Notes: generated by a model from the sequence alone, not told the origin. A DNA stretch of 64,000 nt from an uncultured Fibrobacterota bacterium (GCA_963729895.1 CAVSQB010000019.1:1-64000); one strand, 5' to 3'; shown: positions 30,700 to 40,911, counted from the first letter of the stretch. Numbers and translations are program-made.

Positions 30700-30733
30700 T
30701 GGTTCCCTCGGAAACAAAAATACAATCGGCCGC

Positions 30734-31837
30734 CTAGTGAGCAGGCGTTTCCCCCACGATCCGAAACGTCATCCCCTTTTTGGTCAAAGCGGAATCGCCA
30801 AACGCCTGGGCGGATTTCCTTGATTCGAAGGCGCCTATGCGCACGCGGAACACCGGCTTGTTCCCCGTGTTGCCCGCGGCAATGGTTACGGAGGGGAATT
30901 GCCCGGCAAGGCTGGTTGTGAGCGCGTGCGCATTTTCCAGCGTTCCAAATGCGCCAACCTGCAGGGAAAACACCGTTTTTCCCGGTGCGCCTTCCGGCGC
31001 CAGGGCAAAAGAATCGGCCGGCAGCCAGGCGGTGGTGTCTTTTACGGAAAGAGGATCCTTTTTTGCAACAGACTTCCGCGACGTGGCTGCGACGACCATG
31101 GAGTGCTCAAGGTACGCAGGAAATGTGCTCTTGATATGAGCGAGAATCGCGGCAGCCTCCTGTGCGCGTGAGAGGGAGACGGCGCACACGTATGCACCTG
31201 CGCGCGAGGGGCAGGCCCATGGCACACTGTCGGACAGGCTCGTTGCCGTTGTAAACCGTGGAAGCGCGCGGCCGAAATCCTTATGGACGTAGTAGAAAAT
31301 GCCGAGATAGAAATTGGCCATTGTTCCGGCGCCGGAAACCGTGTCTGCAGCCTGTTTTTCAAGTGCCTCTAAAGACACGCTGTCGGCCGGGTTGAGGATT
31401 GCGCTCCGGGTGCGCGCTTCTATTGAGCGAACGCCACCCCATGTGCCCTGAGCATCGGCAAAATATCCCGACGCTTTTGTGGTGTTGCCGCGCAGATACG
31501 CCGCGCAGCCGAGCAGGAAATACGATTGGGAGCGAATGGAGTCGGGCGCCGATTTGTTGCGTGCGATCTTCTTGTACAGCGCCAGCGCGGTGTCCGCATC
31601 GGCAAGGGACCGGCCATACAACAGGGCAAGTTCCCAGTCTGCGGGGTCTTCCGCATGCGCCTTTTCCGAAAGAGTCCGTGCGCTCAAAAAGTCGCCTTTG
31701 CAAAGAAGCGCGCGCACCTCATCCGAAACGCCGGCTTCTGCAACCGGCGGGAACAGTATGACGTACAGGAGGGCCGCGCACGGGAAGAACGGCGCAACGT
31801 TTCTACGCTGTGGATCGAGTTTGCGGCAGCCCGTCAT
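30734..31837 (-). CDS. TPR- and SPOR-domain exported protein
   Basis: Signal peptide, TPR-like helices, C-terminal SPOR (FSLQVGAF...FRVRIGAF); start uncertain. Confidence 0.8.
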   Translation of the reverse strand: MTGCRKLDPQRRNVAPFFPCAALLYVILFPPVAEAGVSDEVRALLCKGDFLSARTLSEKAHAEDPADWELALLYGRSLADADTALALYKKIARNKSAPDSIRSQSYFLLGCAAYLRGNTTKASGYFADAQGTWGGVRSIEARTRSAILNPADSVSLEALEKQAADTVSGAGTMANFYLGIFYYVHKDFGRALPRFTTATSLSDSVPWACPSRAGAYVCAVSLSRAQEAAAILAHIKSTFPAYLEHSMVVAATSRKSVAKKDPLSVKDTTAWLPADSFALAPEGAPGKTVFSLQVGAFGTLENAHALTTSLAGQFPSVTIAAGNTGNKPVFRVRIGAFESRKSAQAFGDSALTKKGMTFRIVGETPAH

Positions 31838-31841
31838 GGCG

Positions 31842-32183
31842 CTAAAAGGGATCATCGCCGACTGGGTCTGGGTGAGGCGCAGGTGGACCGGAGATTGCAC
31901 GGCCGGAGTCGAGTTCGGATTCAAGCTTTTTGATCTGCCTGTCTTTCTTGAAAATCGAGGCCCGCAGGGTGATGTAATAGTAGGCCGCAACAGCGAGGCC
32001 GATTATGAGGCCGAATCCTAGGGCGCCCCCAACGTAGGCCCAGATGGGCAACGGCTTTGTCTGATACGTAAACAGAAGCGCGGACACCGGAACTCTGAAT
32101 TGCGGCTGGGAAAACGTGACGATGATGACGAACGCGACGGCGAACGAGATGAGAAAAACAGCCGTCCATTTGAGGAGGATCAT
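31842..32183 (-). CDS. LapA (DUF1049)-family membrane protein
   Basis: Two TM helices, LP motif, coiled coil RQIKKLESEL; ATGA-coupled to miaB. Confidence 0.7.
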   Translation of the reverse strand: MILLKWTAVFLISFAVAFVIIVTFSQPQFRVPVSALLFTYQTKPLPIWAYVGGALGFGLIIGLAVAAYYYITLRASIFKKDRQIKKLESELDSGRAISGPPAPHPDPVGDDPF

Positions 32184-33454
32184 GGTGATGGCCTTTCGCA
32201 GATGAGCGTCATCCCGGTGCTCTTTGTCGCCCGCAGTGGTAAAATCGTTCCTGGCCTGCAGTCTTTGCAAGCAGCAAGGACCTTTTTGCACCCCATGTCG
32301 GTACCCATCCAGAGCCCGCCTTCTTTATCCTGCTTTCCGCAGATCAATACCAGAAGATCCTTGCCGAGCATGGCAGCGTAATGGCTCTTGGTGATTCCTG
32401 TCTGTAATTCAATGAGACGGCGCAGACGCTCCTGCTTTAGCGGTGCGGGAACATCATCGGCCATTGAGGCGGCAGCCGTGTTGTCGCGTCTCGAATAGGC
32501 GAACATGAACGCCGCGGTAAACCGCACGGCCTCAAACAAAGACAGGGTATCTTCGAAGTCCTGGGCCGATTCGGTGGGAAAGCCGACCATTGCATCGGTG
32601 GTGATATCGGCGTCGGGCAGGTGCCGGCGGATCATGTCGATGCCGCGAAGATACTGTTCGCGGGTGTATGCGCGGTTCATGAGCCCGAGCACGCGGGTGG
32701 AACCCGACTGAACGGGCAGATGAATATGCCTGCAGACCTTGGGGAGCTCGGCCATGGTGCGAATGAGTTCCTCCGAACAGTCTTTTGGATGGCTCGTGGT
32801 AAAACGGATCCTTGCCAGTCCTTCCACGGCGTGCACACGCCGCAGCAGCGCGGGGAACATGGTGGCGCCGTCACGGTACGAGTTGACATTCTGGCCCAAC
32901 AGGGTCACTTCGCGAGCGCCTTTGTCAACAAAGGATTTGACCGTGGCTTCCACGTCGGCCGCGGGCAGGGAAACCTCGGGCCCGCGCACCAGCGGCACCA
33001 CGCAGTAGGCGCAGTAATTGTCGCACCCGCGCGCGACGGGTACAAATCGGCTCACGCGATTGTCGGACACGTCCGTTTCCACGCCAGGGCCGGGATCGTC
33101 CAGCACACGGTCGATACCTTTGACAAACGAGTCGACCGCACGCGCGCCGATCACGAGGTCGATCCCGTCTATGTCGCGTTTGAGCGAGTCGCCGAGGCGC
33201 TGGGCCATGCAGCCCGTCACCCAGATCCGGCGGCGCGTGTTGCGACGTCTCTTGTGGGCCGCGAGTTCGGCAATTCGCGCCAGGGCGCGCTTTTCCGCCC
33301 GCTCGCGCACGCTGCAGGTATTGACCACGATGATGTCGGCCGTATCCGGACTTTCTGATTGTGTAAAGCCACGCGCCGCGAGGGCCGCAGCCAGGGCGTC
33401 GGAGTCGGCCACGTTCATCTGGCAGCCGAAGGTTTCGAAGAACATCGAAGGCAT
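32180..33454 (-). CDS. miaB: tRNA methylthiotransferase MiaB
   Basis: TFGCQMNVADS, NTCSVRE, GCDNYCAYC, LLGQNVNSY, FTTSHP, HLPVQSGS. Confidence 0.95.
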   Translation of the reverse strand: MPSMFFETFGCQMNVADSDALAAALAARGFTQSESPDTADIIVVNTCSVRERAEKRALARIAELAAHKRRRNTRRRIWVTGCMAQRLGDSLKRDIDGIDLVIGARAVDSFVKGIDRVLDDPGPGVETDVSDNRVSRFVPVARGCDNYCAYCVVPLVRGPEVSLPAADVEATVKSFVDKGAREVTLLGQNVNSYRDGATMFPALLRRVHAVEGLARIRFTTSHPKDCSEELIRTMAELPKVCRHIHLPVQSGSTRVLGLMNRAYTREQYLRGIDMIRRHLPDADITTDAMVGFPTESAQDFEDTLSLFEAVRFTAAFMFAYSRRDNTAAASMADDVPAPLKQERLRRLIELQTGITKSHYAAMLGKDLLVLICGKQDKEGGLWMGTDMGCKKVLAACKDCRPGTILPLRATKSTGMTLICERPSP

Positions 33455-33456
33455 GG

Positions 33457-33954
33457 TTACAGCAGGTGTTTCACAAAATGGTATCCGTACAAAATCGCCA
33501 GCATGCTCACATTCGTGAGCACACCCGCGGCCACATCGTCCATGGTAATGCCCAGGCCGCCTTCGAGCGATTCCATGTTATGTACGGGAAACGGTTTCAC
33601 AATGTCGAAGAATCGAAAAAGGAAGAACCCGAGGATCAGCGTCTTGATGGAAAGCGGGATAAACAGGAATGAGATGAACTGGCCCGCCACTTCATCAATT
33701 ATCACCTCACTCGGATCATCTTCGCCGAATATCTCTTTCGGCCTCGACGCCACAAGGACGGAGAACGCAGTGGCAGCCAGGCCCACGCCCCACCACCAGA
33801 GCGTGCTCACGGGCATATGGACGCGGTACACGAACCAGTACAAAGCGCCCACGGTGACGGCAGATCCGAAGGTGCCGGAAGCCAGGGGAATGTACCCGAG
33901 AAAGAAGACCGTTGCCAGAACACGCTGGATGAACGTGATGACGGGGTTTTTCAT
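33457..33954 (-). CDS. pgpA: Phosphatidylglycerophosphatase A
   Basis: ASGTFGS, DPSEVIIDEVAG, LFRFFDIVKP, GITMDD. Confidence 0.95.
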   Translation of the reverse strand: MKNPVITFIQRVLATVFFLGYIPLASGTFGSAVTVGALYWFVYRVHMPVSTLWWWGVGLAATAFSVLVASRPKEIFGEDDPSEVIIDEVAGQFISFLFIPLSIKTLILGFFLFRFFDIVKPFPVHNMESLEGGLGITMDDVAAGVLTNVSMLAILYGYHFVKHLL

Positions 33955-34003
33955 AGGGCCTTTCGTGCGAGGTGAACTCGCAAATGATTCAAGACAGGGA
34001 AGT

Positions 34004-34615
34004 TTATTTTTCCTTGTCCCCATAACTTATTTCCACCCTCTCGTGCAGCGCCTGGTTGAGGGTGATCTGGTCGACGTATTCGAGCTCGGTACCTGCAGGC
34101 ATGCCGCGCGCGAGCAGCGTGATCTTGAGGCGCATGCCGGAGAAGATGCGCGCAAGATACAGGCACGTGGTCTCCGCCTCTGCGCTCGCTCCCAGGCCCA
34201 GGATGAGTTCCTTCACGTCTCCCCCCGCAAGTCTGGATCTGAGTGTTTCGATGCGAAGTTTGTCTGCGGTGATCCCGTTGATGGGCGACAGCACGCCGCC
34301 GAGCACGTGATACAGTCCGCGAAACATGCCGGTCTTTTCGAACACGAGCACGTCCTGAGGTTTTTCCACGACGCACACGACGCTCCGGTCTCGCGACGGC
34401 GACGCACACACCTCGCAGAGGTCGGCCGTGCCGTAGTTGAAACATTGTTTGCAGACCACAATCTGCGACTTGATGGATGCGATGCACCGCGACAGGTTGT
34501 CGAGTTCCTCCTGCGGCCGATCGAGCAGGTACAGCGCGAGCCGGAGCGCCGTTTTCCTGCCGATGGTGGGCAATTGACAAAGCGCGTCAACGAGATTTTC
34601 GAGCGGTTCGATCAT
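34004..34615 (-). CDS. recR: Recombination mediator RecR
   Basis: LPTIGRKTA HhH, C4 zinc finger, YHVLGG, Toprim domain. Confidence 0.96.
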   Translation of the reverse strand: MIEPLENLVDALCQLPTIGRKTALRLALYLLDRPQEELDNLSRCIASIKSQIVVCKQCFNYGTADLCEVCASPSRDRSVVCVVEKPQDVLVFEKTGMFRGLYHVLGGVLSPINGITADKLRIETLRSRLAGGDVKELILGLGASAEAETTCLYLARIFSGMRLKITLLARGMPAGTELEYVDQITLNQALHERVEISYGDKEK

Positions 34616-34648
34616 AGCGTGCAAGCCTTGCCATACAGGAAAAAATGG

Positions 34649-34747
34649 TCACCACAGAGACACGGAGGACACGGAGAAAATAAGAGAGGTATACCCATAG
34701 TTTGTCTTTGGATTCTTTTCTCTGTGCTCTCCGCGTCTCCGTGGTGA
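34649..34747. repeat. Intergenic 32-bp imperfect inverted repeat (REP/MITE-like)
   Basis: TCACCACAGAGACACGGAGGACACGGAGAAAA (34649-34680) versus the reverse complement of 34716-34747, 27/32 identical. Confidence 0.75.
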
Positions 34748-34759
34748 ATCCTGGTCATT

Positions 34760-35083
34760 TTATGGTGTCAGCCCCAGCGCGCCGAGATCCATGCCGGAGG
34801 TAAGTCCGCCCATCGCAGCATTGGACTGCTCCTTCACTTTCTCCTGCGCATTCTTGAAAGCGGCGAGAACAAGGTCTTCGAGCATTTCCACGTCGTCGGG
34901 AACGACGACCTCCGGGTTGATCGAGATCCCGGTGCAGTCGCCCCCCCCGTTCAAGGTAACCTTGACCATGTTGCCGCCCGCCGTACCTTCAAACGTCTTC
35001 TTGGTGAGCTCGTTTTGCGCCTGCACCATCTGCGACTGGAGACGCTGGGCCTGTTTGAGCAGCTTGTTGATGTTCTTGGACAC
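34760..35083 (-). CDS. ybaB: YbaB/EbfC nucleoid-associated protein
   Basis: KQAQ..Q, GTAGGNMVKV, EMLEDLV; dnaX-ybaB-recR synteny. Confidence 0.95.
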   Translation of the reverse strand: MSKNINKLLKQAQRLQSQMVQAQNELTKKTFEGTAGGNMVKVTLNGGGDCTGISINPEVVVPDDVEMLEDLVLAAFKNAQEKVKEQSNAAMGGLTSGMDLGALGLTP

Positions 35084-35101
35084 GGTCTTCCCCTTTCGCC
35101 G

Positions 35102-36826
35102 TTACAGTACCGAACCGTCGAATATGTCAAGTACACTCTTTATGATCGGCTCGTGGCCGATTTCATCATTGATGGACAAGGTTGTTTTCCCTTGGGGCGC
35201 GGGCTGTATGGACGAGGCCGGCTCGCCTGCAGCCTCCAGGGTGATATGCAATTCCACGGCCGCCTGATTGAATTCGTTGAGCTTTTTCTGAATGTCGTCG
35301 CGGTTCTTTTTCTTTATCACCTCGTTGAATTGAAAGCGGAACGCCTTGGGAAACCGGAGCTCTATCGAAGCGGCAGTCGACGACACGACGTGTGCGGCAG
35401 ACAAATGGTAGCCGAACGTGGGCCGGTCCTGCACCAGAAGCTCCAGAAAGTGCGGCCATCGCGTCCCTAGATCGAGGGCAGGAGCGCTCGCGGCTGGTGC
35501 AGGCGCCTTGTCCCCGATGACCACACTCGCATCAGGCGTCTCTCCGCCCGACGCGATGTCGTCAATGTCACCCCTCGCCGGCAGAGGAGCCGCTGCACCT
35601 GCCGACGCAGTCAGTGGTTCAGTTTTTTTTTTAGGAAGCGGCTCAACAGGCCGGGCAGGCGTTGCGGCCAGCGCGTCCGTGCTGGCTGCATGCGAAGGGC
35701 CCAATGCCTCCAAAACGGCGGAAAGCGCGATAGTATCGTCGAGATGCACGAGCTTAAGCAGCAGGAGTTCCACAAGGAACCGGGGAAAGCCGCTGAACCT
35801 GAGGTCGCGTTCGGTTGTGCGGACAAGCTCGGCCATGCGAAGAAGCGTCTCCTCGGAAAACGCCGATGCTCGCTTTGCAAATGCGCCTGATGCGTCTGCG
35901 GGCAGATCGATGTGGGGATTGTTCATGACGGCGGGGATGCGGCAGAACAGAAGCGTCCGCAGATGGTCTTCGAGCCCGAGCACAAACTCGTGCAAGTCGA
36001 ACCCGCGCGACAGAATGTCCTCCACCGCGACAAGCACGGGCCGGGGATCTTTGTCCTGCACCGCCTTCATGATGGTGTCGTACATTTCGATGTCGATGAT
36101 GCCGAGCACGTTGCGCACCACGGTTTCGTCGATTTTGCCTTGTGCATAGGAATACACCTGGTCCAGAAGGCTGAGCGCGTCGCGCATGCTTCCTTCCGCC
36201 TTGCGCCCCACCAGCAGGAGCGCGGTCTTGTCGAACGCTATTTGCTCCGACGTGCAGATGTACGCGAGCCGCGCGGTTATCTGGTCCGTGGATATCCTCC
36301 TGAAATCGAAACGCTGGCAGCGCGAATGGATGGTGGCTGGAATCTTCTGCGGCTCGGTGGTGGCAAAAATGAAGATCACGTTTTTGGGCGGCTCTTCGAG
36401 GGTCTTTAGCAGCGCGTTGAACGCCGATTTTGAAAGCATGTGCACTTCGTCAATCACGTAGATGCGGTATTTGCCGCCCATCGACGAATACCGGACATTA
36501 TCGCGAATCTCCCGGATGTCCTCAACCGAGTTGTTTGACGCGCCGTCTATTTCGAGCACGTCGAAGCTGGACCCGCCCATGATGTTCCTGCAGGGCTCAC
36601 ATACCCCGCACGGGTTCGGGGTCGGGCCCTTGTCGCAGTTGAGCGCGCGTGCAAGAATGCGGGCAGTGGTGGTTTTCCCCACGCCGCGGGTCCCGGTGAA
36701 AATATAGGCGTGTGCGACGCGGTCTTTTTCAATCGCCTTCTTGAGCGTTTCGGTGATATGCTCCTGACCCACGACATCGTCGAAGGTGAGCGGGCGCCAT
36801 TTGCGGGCAAAGACGAGATAGCTCAT
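35102..36826 (-). CDS. dnaX: DNA polymerase III subunit gamma/tau
   Basis: ARKWRP, GTRGVGKTT, DEVHML, SRCQ, GSMRD. Confidence 0.98.
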   Translation of the reverse strand: MSYLVFARKWRPLTFDDVVGQEHITETLKKAIEKDRVAHAYIFTGTRGVGKTTTARILARALNCDKGPTPNPCGVCEPCRNIMGGSSFDVLEIDGASNNSVEDIREIRDNVRYSSMGGKYRIYVIDEVHMLSKSAFNALLKTLEEPPKNVIFIFATTEPQKIPATIHSRCQRFDFRRISTDQITARLAYICTSEQIAFDKTALLLVGRKAEGSMRDALSLLDQVYSYAQGKIDETVVRNVLGIIDIEMYDTIMKAVQDKDPRPVLVAVEDILSRGFDLHEFVLGLEDHLRTLLFCRIPAVMNNPHIDLPADASGAFAKRASAFSEETLLRMAELVRTTERDLRFSGFPRFLVELLLLKLVHLDDTIALSAVLEALGPSHAASTDALAATPARPVEPLPKKKTEPLTASAGAAAPLPARGDIDDIASGGETPDASVVIGDKAPAPAASAPALDLGTRWPHFLELLVQDRPTFGYHLSAAHVVSSTAASIELRFPKAFRFQFNEVIKKKNRDDIQKKLNEFNQAAVELHITLEAAGEPASSIQPAPQGKTTLSINDEIGHEPIIKSVLDIFDGSVL

Positions 36827-36829
36827 AAT

Positions 36830-37165
36830 GATTTACGATTTTAGAATGTAAATTGACGATTTAAGATACACGTGATTCCCGGATCATCTTCGATCCAAGA
36901 ATTTTGATTGACGATTTGGAAGACAAACTATTCCAGATAAAACCAGATTCCAGATCGCAGATCGAAGATTGGTTGAAAATAGGTTATTTCCGATATCCTA
37001 TTGACCGATATGCTAAGAAAAATTCTTGTCCTTCATTTGCTTTCGGACTGCACTACTTGACGACACTGTCATCGCGAGAATCCGGTTTGCTTTGTCAGCC
37101 AAGTGGGCCGCTCTCTTGCTCTGATGGTGAAAATAACTTAACAAATCTACATTCTACAATCAAAA
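36830..37165. repeat. Inverted heptamer tandem arrays around a gene remnant
   Basis: GATTTAC GATTTTA GAATGTA AATTGAC GATTTAA (36830-36864); reverse-oriented GATTGTA GAATGTA GATTT at about 37143-37161. Confidence 0.55.
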
Positions 37166-37170
37166 AAAAC

Positions 37171-37270
37171 GGGGCCAAGTTTACCTGCGGCACACTCAGT
37201 ATCCGTTTACCGTTGCTCCCTTCCGGGCCTGGCGGGGTTCACAGACTGTCGTTGCGCAGGGCCTGACCCC
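37171..37270 (-). ncRNA. ffs: Signal recognition particle RNA (4.5S)
   Basis: GTGAACCCCGCCAGGCCCGGAAGGGAGCAACGG domain IV; GGGGTCAGG/CTTGGCCCC closing stem; U tract; upstream of dnaX. Confidence 0.95.
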
Positions 37271-37354
37271 AAAGAAATACGGCGGGTACAAAAATAGCTT
37301 TTTGCGCGGGGAATGGGAACAGGGATCGAGTAAAAATGTTCCATCGCCGAACGC

Positions 37355-37397
37355 AAAAAAAAAACGGATCCTTTGCCCGGGCGGCAAAGGATCCGTT
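37355..37397 (-). terminator. Intrinsic terminator after the OmpA-family gene
   Basis: AACGGATCCTTTGCC/GGCAAAGGATCCGTT stem with a U10 tract on the minus strand. Confidence 0.85.
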
Positions 37398-37420
37398 CCA
37401 CACGGTGGGCAGGAAGGCAG

Positions 37421-38407
37421 TTACTTTACGTCAATAACCACCAGATCAACCCGCCGGTTTTTTGCCCTGCCTTCTTTGGTGCTGTTTGTCGCTATGGGCC
37501 GCTTGAAACCGTATCCTACCGACGAAAGCCTGGTGTCGGGGATGCCCTGTGCAACAAGGAAGTCGCGGACATTCTTGGCCCTTCGTGTCGACAGATCCTT
37601 GTTGTAAGCCTCGGTCCCGATGTTGTCGGTGTGGCCCTCGACCACGACGCGGCACTTGGTGTAGACCATCAGGATGCCCGCGATCTTTGCGAGGCTGGTT
37701 TTGAGATCGGCCGTTAAATCCGCTTTGTCAAAGCCGAACAGAATGTCGGACACGGAAATAATGGTGCCGCGCGCGTCCTTTCTCACCTTGATCAATTCGC
37801 TCTGCAGCGACATGAACCGCTGCTCGGCCTCTTCGCGAAGCTTCCTGGTTTTTTCATTTTCCTCATCAAGCTTGGCCCGGAGGTCCGATGCCTTGTCTCT
37901 CTCGATACCTGCTATCTTTTCGTTGATCTGGTTGAGCTCGGCGTGTATTGAATCCCGGCTGGCCATAATATGAGAAAGTTCATTTTCCAGGTCGTTCTGC
38001 TGGAGCTGGAGCATCGCGGCCTCGGCGGACAACGAGCATGCCTTGAACATGTCCTTGGCCCTTTTCTCTTTGGTGGCATTGAAACCCATCCATTCGAGCA
38101 ACCCTTTATTCGGCTGTCCGCTCGGGAAGGTCTGGAGCACGTATTGGTACGCAACTTCAATCCTGGCAAGTGCGTAAACGTAAAGGTCGATATCGCTGGG
38201 CTTACTGCCGCCCCGCTGCTGATAGGCGTCCTTCAATTCCGTCTTGAGCTCCAGAAGAGCGTTTGTCATGGCCGCAGGCCCGCGTGTAGCGCTGAGCGTG
38301 TCGGTTGCCGGGGAAGGCGCAGGCGCCGGTCTGGAAGACGAATCCGCAGCCGCCGCTGCGGACAGGACCGCAATAAGCAAAGCGATGGGAAGGATAATCC
38401 GTTTCAT
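37421..38407 (-). CDS. OmpA-family peptidoglycan-binding protein
   Basis: Signal peptide, coiled coil, ILFGFDKA, VEGHTD, LSTRRA, NRRVD. Confidence 0.92.
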   Translation of the reverse strand: MKRIILPIALLIAVLSAAAAADSSSRPAPAPSPATDTLSATRGPAAMTNALLELKTELKDAYQQRGGSKPSDIDLYVYALARIEVAYQYVLQTFPSGQPNKGLLEWMGFNATKEKRAKDMFKACSLSAEAAMLQLQQNDLENELSHIMASRDSIHAELNQINEKIAGIERDKASDLRAKLDEENEKTRKLREEAEQRFMSLQSELIKVRKDARGTIISVSDILFGFDKADLTADLKTSLAKIAGILMVYTKCRVVVEGHTDNIGTEAYNKDLSTRRAKNVRDFLVAQGIPDTRLSSVGYGFKRPIATNSTKEGRAKNRRVDLVVIDVK

Positions 38408-38805
38408 TTCTTGGGTTCTCCCTTCAGCTCATCGAGGACTTTCTTGTACGTTGCCAACTGATCTTGATCGTCGCTCAGTCTTTGCCGTGCACTCTCCACA
38501 ACCCGTTCGGTTTTTGCGAGCTCAATTCTCGATAATGCCAATCGGTAATAGATGATCGCCTCATCCAATGCCGTGAACGCATCTTCCCTTTGATTGGCCT
38601 GCTGCCTGATAGTGGCCACCGACACGAGGGAGTCCGCACGGGAAATTTCGGCCGACTTGAAGTTGTTCTGATCGCAAAAACCTTTTAATGTGGTAGCTTC
38701 GGTCATCGCCGCTCTCAGAAGCATGTTGTAGCCCGTGTCATCACAACCCGTTACGCACAGAAGTAATACCGCCATAACGATACCGGCAAACAATTTCTTC
38801 TTCAT
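38404..38805 (-). CDS. Helical lipoprotein partner of the OmpA protein (DUF4398-like arrangement)
   Basis: Lipobox VTGC; ATGA-coupled to the OmpA gene. Confidence 0.7.
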   Translation of the reverse strand: MKKKLFAGIVMAVLLLCVTGCDDTGYNMLLRAAMTEATTLKGFCDQNNFKSAEISRADSLVSVATIRQQANQREDAFTALDEAIIYYRLALSRIELAKTERVVESARQRLSDDQDQLATYKKVLDELKGEPKK

Positions 38806-38953
38806 AAGCAACCTCGCCCGGTTAAAGTGATCCAAAAAAATATAATTAGGTTACTGTCGCAATGCAAAGTAATTATTTGGCGTGGAGCATCAACAGGCAA
38901 GGGATTATTGGCAGATCAAGCTTCGGCTCCGCCTTTGCCCGCCGGCAGGCAGG

Positions 38954-40678
38954 TTATTTCCAATACGTAAACCGCAGGAATGACGTCCGGCCATTCCCGG
39001 GCGCGTTGACGAATTTAACCAAGTAAACACCGCCGGACAATTTGCTCACGTCGATCCGTGTCTGGTTGGCCCCAAACGTTTTCTGAACGCGCAGAACCCC
39101 TTTCGAATCGTATACGAACGCCGTGCCGGCCTCATAAATAGTAAGTACCCCCTTGCCGGTGACGAGGCAAGGCGTAGTTTCAGGGTTTGGCATTTGTGCT
39201 TGGGCATGAACTGCGGCCACGTTGTTTGCGAGGATCACGCACCCTGAAGCAGGAACAGAGACCTGCGAACTTACGGGAGTAAAGGTGATTGATTGCTGTA
39301 CGGTGGCTCCGCTGTTTGAAATATTCCCCCCGCCGCTTGCGCCGACGACGTTCTAGGTCCCGCCGCCAGGCGTATAGTTCATCGCGGTCCCGGATGTATT
39401 GCACAGAACCATTCCATTCTGATAGTCCCTTTTAAACAGCGACGCGGAACCTGAACCTGCCACTCGCAGGCTATCTATGACCGCCGGGACAGGGCTTTGG
39501 TCGCCAAGGGTGATTTCATATTCCGGGAACCAGCTTGGGCCGCCTTGAGGAAGAATATTGATGAAACTGTTTTCATTTTTCACGAGCATGTACATGCCGG
39601 TGCGCCGGTATCTTTCGGCCTGCGTTGAGTCGTAGAACTGCGCAATCAGGATTTTCCCCCTGCCGGTGAGGTGCTTGACCGCCCGCGAGAGGGTAAGATA
39701 CATGTCGGACCCTGTGGCGTTGCCGAAACTCTCCATCATCGCGCCATCAATCGTTTCTCCGTTTACGTTTCCTTCCATCCAGCGTACCAGCCGGTGGTCA
39801 TCTGATCGACGTTGGGAATAATGAGATAATCGACGGACGGCGCATGGAATCTTTTGTAAATAGCCTGCCAATATCCAAGGTACTGGGCGTTCATCCAGAC
39901 GGAAAAGTCGCCGAGTGTGGCGACGGTGTAGCCCGCGGGCCCGTACGGGCTGAGGTACCAGTTGAAGTTGTGCGGCCGCCGGATCGCCCGCGGCAGGGTT
40001 GTACAGGCCGGGGACCATTGTCTCGACGCACACATCGAAAAAACATCCTTCATTCTGCTCGCCTGTCATCCAGTTGATTGTTTCGTCGGCAACATATTTT
40101 TGCCAGTCAGCATTTTCCAGACACATGGTCCATTGCGGATCGGTGTGCCAGACTCTGTTGTTCGGGTCCACCGAAGTGTAATGCTGGAACATCTGTTCGA
40201 ACCGTGAGCTGCCTTGCGTTATGCCGGAGGCCGCGAGCCACGGCGTAAAACAACTGTCCCATTCCGACACCCACCCTTTAGGCGTGCATGAGGTGATGGG
40301 TGTGGTCCCGTGCGGCAGAGGGCAATCATTATCGTTCTGGGGATTTATCCCGTTGGAAAGATGATAAATCACGCAGAGAAAATTGGGATTATATGCACGG
40401 TAATCGGCGACCTGGGAAGCAGCCATCTTCTGGCTCGCCACATAGTTCTGTGCAATAAACCGGACTTTTCCTGCAGGCTGACCGGTCAACTCGTCGGCCC
40501 ACACAAGATTATAGTCCCGGGAAGAAGGCACGTAACGATTCGCCGGCAGGTTCATGCCGGATGTAATGGGGGACACTACCGTGCCCCCGGGAGGCCAGGA
40601 TTGCACCTGGGAAAAAGAAGGAGCGCCCGAGGAACTTATCATTACAAGTGCGCATGCCAGAACTGCAATTGTCTTCAT
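38954..40678 (-). pseudogene. Secreted glycoside hydrolase-like protein with a C-terminal sorting-type domain; two compensating frameshifts and an in-frame TAG
   Basis: Signal MKTIAVLAC; GCFFD, DGAMME, FKRDYQNGMVLCN; the plausible frame switches at about 39977 and back at about 39783; TAG 39353-39355 is in frame with the ORF ending IDVSKLSGGVYLVK. Confidence 0.75.
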
Positions 40679-40911
40679 GAAGAGCACGTCCTTTCTTTTG
40701 AAGCGGTTTTGACGGGCCACAGAAGCACATGCTTCAGCCGACGCAGTTCCAGAGCCGAAGGAAATTTTTGGTGTCGGCAGGGTTCCGCCGGACGCCGGCT
40801 CCTCGTATCGGAATATAGCGCTTTCAGGACATTCTGTCAACCGCAGTAATGCGGGATCGCACTCACGGCCCCGGCGGAACGCGAAGAAGGTGTTCTTTTC
40901 AAGCGACAACG

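Noticed and set aside
36904..37266. 120-aa plus-strand ORF
   Set aside because: Overlaps the SRP RNA antisense and repeat-derived sequence; no motifs.
39353..39355. Pyrrolysine or stop-codon reassignment at the in-frame TAG
   Set aside because: TAG ends intact genes in this window (FKBP, ACP, gatB), and this gene has other lesions.
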